Source: a virus (Duplodnaviria; Caudoviricetes). Taken from it: a stretch of 38,930 nt of DNA. The position numbers were made by a program, and so were the translations under genes. This document shows, one piece after another, positions 35,235 through 38,930 of the stretch. The stretch lies in the IMG/VR virus record IMGVR_UViG_3300025120_000177, positions 1 through 38,930 of that record; one strand, written 5' to 3'. Within the stretch, counting starts at the first letter, position 1, and each line of letters opens with the position of its first letter. The notes below the pieces were generated by a model. That model worked only from the letters and a program-made list of their open reading frames with translations. It made no database searches and was not told the DNA's origin.

Positions 35235-36134
35235 CTATTCGATGTGACCTGTTCCCACAACAGACCATTCAAGCTGAACATCAACATAGCCATTCAGACC
35301 TTCATAGGGAACTCTCTGTTGAGAAAATCTTGTCATGTGAATTGCAGTCAAGGACCATGTTGGAAATGGCTGGAAATAGGATCCGTCAAAAAAGAAAGAG
35401 CCCGTGTCTTGGGTTGAACAAGATGCGACGCCCAAAAGTTGGCTGCCATCTGGTGAATAAGATGCAATGGTGATGTTAAACAAATCTGGTCCTCCAGAAG
35501 GTCCCCACTGAAACTGTGTTCCGAATTTGGAAACCACTGCTGCAAATGCATAGGAAGGATCGACATATCGCATCTCATAAGGCTCTATAAAATCATAGCC
35601 TCGGATGGATCTAAATTGAAAAGAAGATCCATCTTGTAGTTGAACATTCATGTTGGTGTCTCGATCATATTGCGATTCAGTAATAAATCCACTATAAATG
35701 TTTGAGTTGTTGTTAAACGCTGCAAAGGAATTTGGGTTCCCAACAATGTTTAAGGATGATCCGAGATTGACTCCTTGGATAAAAATAGAAACAGGATTCA
35801 TAGAGCTTACACACTGCCCGGCTTCTGGATACCATGTCGGATGGGTTTCACTTATTTTATCGTGAAACTTTGCTTCAAACTGAATGGTGATTTCTTGACC
35901 TACTCCCATGCATGGTTGGCATGCGACTTGTTCTAAATTATAGTTTACAAGACCAACAGTCCCGCTTAAAGGCTCAGAGGATGGTTCGGTTGATGGTTCA
36001 ATAGAAGGTTCTGGAGAGGGATCAGTAGGTGCTGTGTCAACTACTGTGGAGCCACTGTCACTGTTTTGGACTTTATCAACCGTTCTAATTCCGATGTCAC
36101 CACCGCAACTCCACAGTAAAATTGATAATAGCAT
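35235..36134 (-). CDS. Putative lipoprotein with EPS(x) repeat linker
   Basis: 299 aa; MLLSILLWS-C lipobox-like; PSPEPSIEPSTEPSSEP linker; beta-rich body. Confidence 0.65.
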   Translation of the reverse strand: MLLSILLWSCGGDIGIRTVDKVQNSDSGSTVVDTAPTDPSPEPSIEPSTEPSSEPLSGTVGLVNYNLEQVACQPCMGVGQEITIQFEAKFHDKISETHPTWYPEAGQCVSSMNPVSIFIQGVNLGSSLNIVGNPNSFAAFNNNSNIYSGFITESQYDRDTNMNVQLQDGSSFQFRSIRGYDFIEPYEMRYVDPSYAFAAVVSKFGTQFQWGPSGGPDLFNITIASYSPDGSQLLGVASCSTQDTGSFFFDGSYFQPFPTWSLTAIHMTRFSQQRVPYEGLNGYVDVQLEWSVVGTGHIE

Positions 36135-36142
36135 AACCTCTC

Positions 36143-36352
36143 CTAGTGTTCTTCGATTATTACATATGATCCTAGAGGGTCACAACAAAAGTCAAGACTA
36201 TACAGATCAGCAAGTTTAAAAACTATCTCCCTCATTTGAGTAGAGTGACCTGTTATGACTTTGAAACGTGTGCCCCAATGGTCATTAATAAATAGTTCGA
36301 GTTTACGTTTCGCGACCTCATGTCGCAATCCGTGTAAATCTATAGTGCACAT
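36143..36352 (-). CDS. Stand-alone Smr/MutS2 C-terminal domain protein
   Basis: 69 aa; IDLHGL and VITGHS motifs. Confidence 0.75.
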   Translation of the reverse strand: MCTIDLHGLRHEVAKRKLELFINDHWGTRFKVITGHSTQMREIVFKLADLYSLDFCCDPLGSYVIIEEH

Positions 36353-36366
36353 TATAACCTCAAAGT

Positions 36367-36390
36367 AAAAAAAACCTCTCCGAAGAGAGG
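36367..36390 (-). terminator. Rho-independent terminator downstream of the tRNA
   Basis: CCTCTC-TTCG-GAGAGG (cUUCGg tetraloop) followed by TTTTTTTT. Confidence 0.9.
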
Positions 36391-36430
36391 CTAAAAGGTG
36401 TGAGAGCTCCGTAGAACTAAGTTTTTAAAA

Positions 36431-36506
36431 TGGTGGAGATGAGGAGAGTCGAACTCCTGACCCCTTGCGTGCAAAGCAAGTGCTCTCCCAACTGAGCTAC
36501 ACCCCC
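36431..36506 (-). tRNA. tRNA-Ala(UGC)
   Basis: 76 nt GGGGGTGTAGCTCAGTTGGGAGAGCACTTGCTTTGCACGCAAGGGGTCAGGAGTTCGACTCTCCTCATCTCCACCA; cloverleaf, TGC anticodon, G3-U70 Ala identity pair, TTCGA T-loop, encoded CCA. Confidence 0.97.
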
Positions 36507-36516
36507 GTAACCATTA

Positions 36517-37347
36517 TTAAATAGTGTGAGATAATTGATTTGGAATGTTTTCTTTTTGTCTGCTTAGAATATCTCGATAGCGGGAGACTACCTTGAAATA
36601 AGACGATGCATCGCACTTAAGCAGCCAAGAATGGAGCTGAGCGAACGTTTGGGTTTGGCTATGTCTTACCATTCCGTAGTGCTCTGAAAGCAGACTGAGA
36701 GCATCCTCGGGACTCGTTATTGTCCATTCTTTGGTCTTTTTCTCTTTTATTCCACAAAAGTGATTAAAAGTGTAGCCAATCTCTGAAAACAGGGCAACAA
36801 GGAACTGGGTTCTATGTAATCCTTTGAGAGATATCTCCCCATGAGAATAGTAAGACCATTGAAGCCAATCGATGTCTCCGACCATCCAATCTATCTGGAC
36901 ATAGTCATCTGTTGGACCATTTTCGTCGTGCTGAGAAAAGCAGGTGAAAATGTTTCCTGCGGTTACTCGATCTCCAACATCTAGATTGTCTGCGAGTTTT
37001 GCGGAGATTAGAGTTAGTAATGCACGCATTTTACTCATGTCAGGTGTAGATGTTCGTGCTCTCTTGTGGATTTTCTCATAAAGACTGTTCCAAGTCTCAT
37101 AGTCAATGCCCCACTTTTGCAGTTCCGGCTTTGTAAAAGACCGAACAATATGAGTTGAATCAATTGCTAAGTCAAGATCTCCCGAAACTTCTTTCTTTCC
37201 TGCCGAACCTACTGGCTTAAAGAACGTAAGAGAGTGGGCCTTCTTTGGGAAAACTTCTCCCAAATGTTTCTTGTAGGCTTTTATTGTTGGTTCAATCCTG
37301 CTTTTTGGAATTGAAATTGCTTTGTTTTTAAAGATGTTGCCACCCAT
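36517..37347 (-). CDS. Pol-beta-superfamily nucleotidyltransferase-like protein
   Basis: 276 aa; VGSAGKKEVSGDLDLAID (GS...DxD) and VQIDWM third Asp; GGAGGA RBS. Confidence 0.7.
   Translation of the reverse strand: MGGNIFKNKAISIPKSRIEPTIKAYKKHLGEVFPKKAHSLTFFKPVGSAGKKEVSGDLDLAIDSTHIVRSFTKPELQKWGIDYETWNSLYEKIHKRARTSTPDMSKMRALLTLISAKLADNLDVGDRVTAGNIFTCFSQHDENGPTDDYVQIDWMVGDIDWLQWSYYSHGEISLKGLHRTQFLVALFSEIGYTFNHFCGIKEKKTKEWTITSPEDALSLLSEHYGMVRHSQTQTFAQLHSWLLKCDASSYFKVVSRYRDILSRQKENIPNQLSHTI
36518..36525 (-). promoter_or_regulatory. Putative late promoter motif ACTATTTA upstream of the tRNA
   Basis: Exact copy overlapping the upstream stop codon, 11 nt before tRNA position 1. Confidence 0.65.
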
Positions 37348-37369
37348 GTTGTCCTCCGTTGTTTAAAAC

Positions 37370-37398
37370 AATATAGCACGTTAGTATTGTCTTGTCAA
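37370..37398 (-). promoter_or_regulatory. Sigma70-type promoter
   Basis: TTGACA-17 nt-TATATT with extended -10 TG. Confidence 0.8.
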
Positions 37399-38330
37399 AT
37401 GTTTTCTAAAAGTTTTTCGAAAAAATACATTTCATTCTTGATGGGGCTGGAAATTTCCAACCTTTCTCTAAACTCCTTCTCTCCCATTTCTGATACGTCT
37501 TCTTCATCAATGGGGACCTTAAAAACTTCGAGGTCGTACTTGAGCATGGACTTAATGATCCACTCTGCTTTCTTCTCGGCGTCACCGTCAAGAGCCATAT
37601 AGACCGGTGTGTCGTGCACAGCAATGGCTTGAAACAAACGAGAGCGTTCTCGTAAGGTTGAGCCAAGGATGGGGATTGCGTTGCCTCCTGCTGCGATAGC
37701 GTCAAAGACACCTTCAACAAGAACAACGGGTTCATCCCAATCAATCATCAGTTCGTTAAAAACGATATCACGGTCTGCTGGAGGGTTGAGGTACCTATAA
37801 GAATGCCCAACGTAACTGCGAGCAATGAAGTAATTGCAATCTCCATCCACGTCAAACGACGGTATAATAACTCTTCCTGCATAACGGCCCTCCTTACAAT
37901 AGCCAATCTTCCATTTTAGTATTTCTCTCCGACCAATGCCGCGAGACGATAGGTAGCGGAACACGTCCGTTGTCTCCATGGGTAGGTCTTTGTTGCACAA
38001 CGAGATGAACTCTTCGGGTAAGTCGATGTGTTGTTTCTCTTCTTCGTTGTTTAGTTCTTTGAAGAGATCGTCGAACTCGTTAAGGTCAAGTCTGCCTTGT
38101 AGTTCAAGATACTTTTGTCGTTGCTGGTATGTGCCGAACTTTCTTATGATTCGGTAAATGTTCTTTCCTCTTTCGTCGCAGATCCAGCATTTCCAATAAC
38201 CATTTGCGAAGTTCACCGACATTTTCTTTTTGTGGTGATTGCAATAAGGGCAATGATACAAATGTTCATCGCCCTTTTGATGATAAGACCCAAGAACTTG
38301 GGTCACAATTTTTCTTTTGTCCTCGATCAT
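37395..38330 (-). CDS. DNA primase (zinc-binding + TOPRIM)
   Basis: Start reassigned to MIEDKRK (GGAGGA RBS); CPYC...CWIC, GRVIIP, YLNP, LVEGVFDA, ALDGDA. Confidence 0.92.
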   Translation of the reverse strand: MIEDKRKIVTQVLGSYHQKGDEHLYHCPYCNHHKKKMSVNFANGYWKCWICDERGKNIYRIIRKFGTYQQRQKYLELQGRLDLNEFDDLFKELNNEEEKQHIDLPEEFISLCNKDLPMETTDVFRYLSSRGIGRREILKWKIGYCKEGRYAGRVIIPSFDVDGDCNYFIARSYVGHSYRYLNPPADRDIVFNELMIDWDEPVVLVEGVFDAIAAGGNAIPILGSTLRERSRLFQAIAVHDTPVYMALDGDAEKKAEWIIKSMLKYDLEVFKVPIDEEDVSEMGEKEFRERLEISSPIKNEMYFFEKLLENI

Positions 38331-38347
38331 AATGTCCTCCTGTTTAT

Positions 38348-38376
38348 AATGTAACACATCGCAGAAGGCTTGTCAA
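38348..38376 (-). promoter_or_regulatory. Sigma70-type promoter
   Basis: TTGACA-17 nt-TACATT with extended -10 TG upstream of primase. Confidence 0.75.
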
Positions 38377-38402
38377 GTAAAAAGTTTTATTTCTTGTTTG
38401 CG

Positions 38403-38930
38403 TTAAGTGAGTTTCCTCTCTTTTTCTTTTCTTTTTTCAATTACTTTGTCCGCCGCTTTCAATATAGCATATTGATCTGTCCCTCGGCTCGTCATCCACC
38501 CAAGCAGACCCCGGAGTTGTTCATAAGTCTCGTCGTAAAGCTTGGCCAGTTCCATATTTCCTGCTTGTTTTGCTTGGAAATACTTACGTCTTTCTGCTGT
38601 GATGCGATAGTCGAGTGCTTCCATGGGCGCTTTCATTCCAAGCTCTATGTACTTAAGTTTTTCAACCCAAGTTGAGCCTCGGTTCGGTTTATCCACCATA
38701 GGTGAATCAGCAATCCAAGGTTTCCTTGGGTTCCTTTGTGTAGAGTGGGAATCATACGAGATTTCGCTGCTCAATTCTCTTGTTTGCTTATTATATTCAA
38801 GATATTCATCAATCCAGGCTGGATCTCCCTGATAAGCGTCTACCAATGCCCTAGCTTGATTTATTAGATCTTCCCTCCCTGAATCGAGCAAGCTGATGAA
38901 TTTGGCCATTGCTTCTTCGGAGGGAATATT
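38403..38930 (-). CDS. Hypothetical helical protein, probably 5'-truncated by the window edge
   Basis: Frame stays open upstream of ATG 38909 to the edge (NIPSEEA) and no RBS is evident. Confidence 0.6.
   Translation of the reverse strand, partial: NIPSEEAMAKFISLLDSGREDLINQARALVDAYQGDPAWIDEYLEYNKQTRELSSEISYDSHSTQRNPRKPWIADSPMVDKPNRGSTWVEKLKYIELGMKAPMEALDYRITAERRKYFQAKQAGNMELAKLYDETYEQLRGLLGWMTSRGTDQYAILKAADKVIEKRKEKERKLT

Noticed and set aside
421-38832. All plus-strand ORFs in the track (e.g. 2890..3216, 6952..7473, 9490..10206, 14729..15244)
   Set aside because: They lie antisense to well-supported minus-strand genes and have Ser-rich or low-complexity translations typical of shadow frames.
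1-38930. Alternative genetic code
   Set aside because: Core genes are full length under code 11, and TAA, TAG and TGA all end genes at tight gene junctions.

Overview
A 38.9-kb fragment of a large T4-like (myovirus-type) tailed bacteriophage genome, standard code 11, with essentially every gene on the minus strand. Read in transcription order (right to left): a replication/accessory block driven by four near-consensus sigma70 promoters (primase, Pol-beta-type nucleotidyltransferase, tRNA-Ala(UGC), Smr protein, lipoprotein, a single-chain Mre11-Rad50/SbcD-SbcC fusion). Then a long late block marked by a recurring ACTATTTA motif: candidate lysis membrane proteins, a DEDDh exonuclease, large terminase, portal, prohead protease, ribosomal protein bS21, a cluster of fibre/LamG proteins, scaffold, major capsid protein, decoration proteins, neck proteins and the start of the tail sheath. 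Most notable items not in the ORF track or not explained by standard annotation: (i) a 23-aa, 9-cysteine metallothionein-like micropeptide translationally coupled inside the head operon; (ii) a 19-aa CC-containing micropeptide plus terminator between a CxxC membrane protein and a prohead protease that has its own Cys pair; (iii) several unrelated small proteins sharing an N-terminal MKLxKxxLKRIIKEEL tag that looks like a capsid-targeting signal; (iv) three separate pairs of short anchor-only and long anchor+LamG paralogues, suggesting a modular virion display system; (v) a tRNA-Ala placed directly under the late motif. All functional calls come from motif recognition and gene order; no database searches were run.
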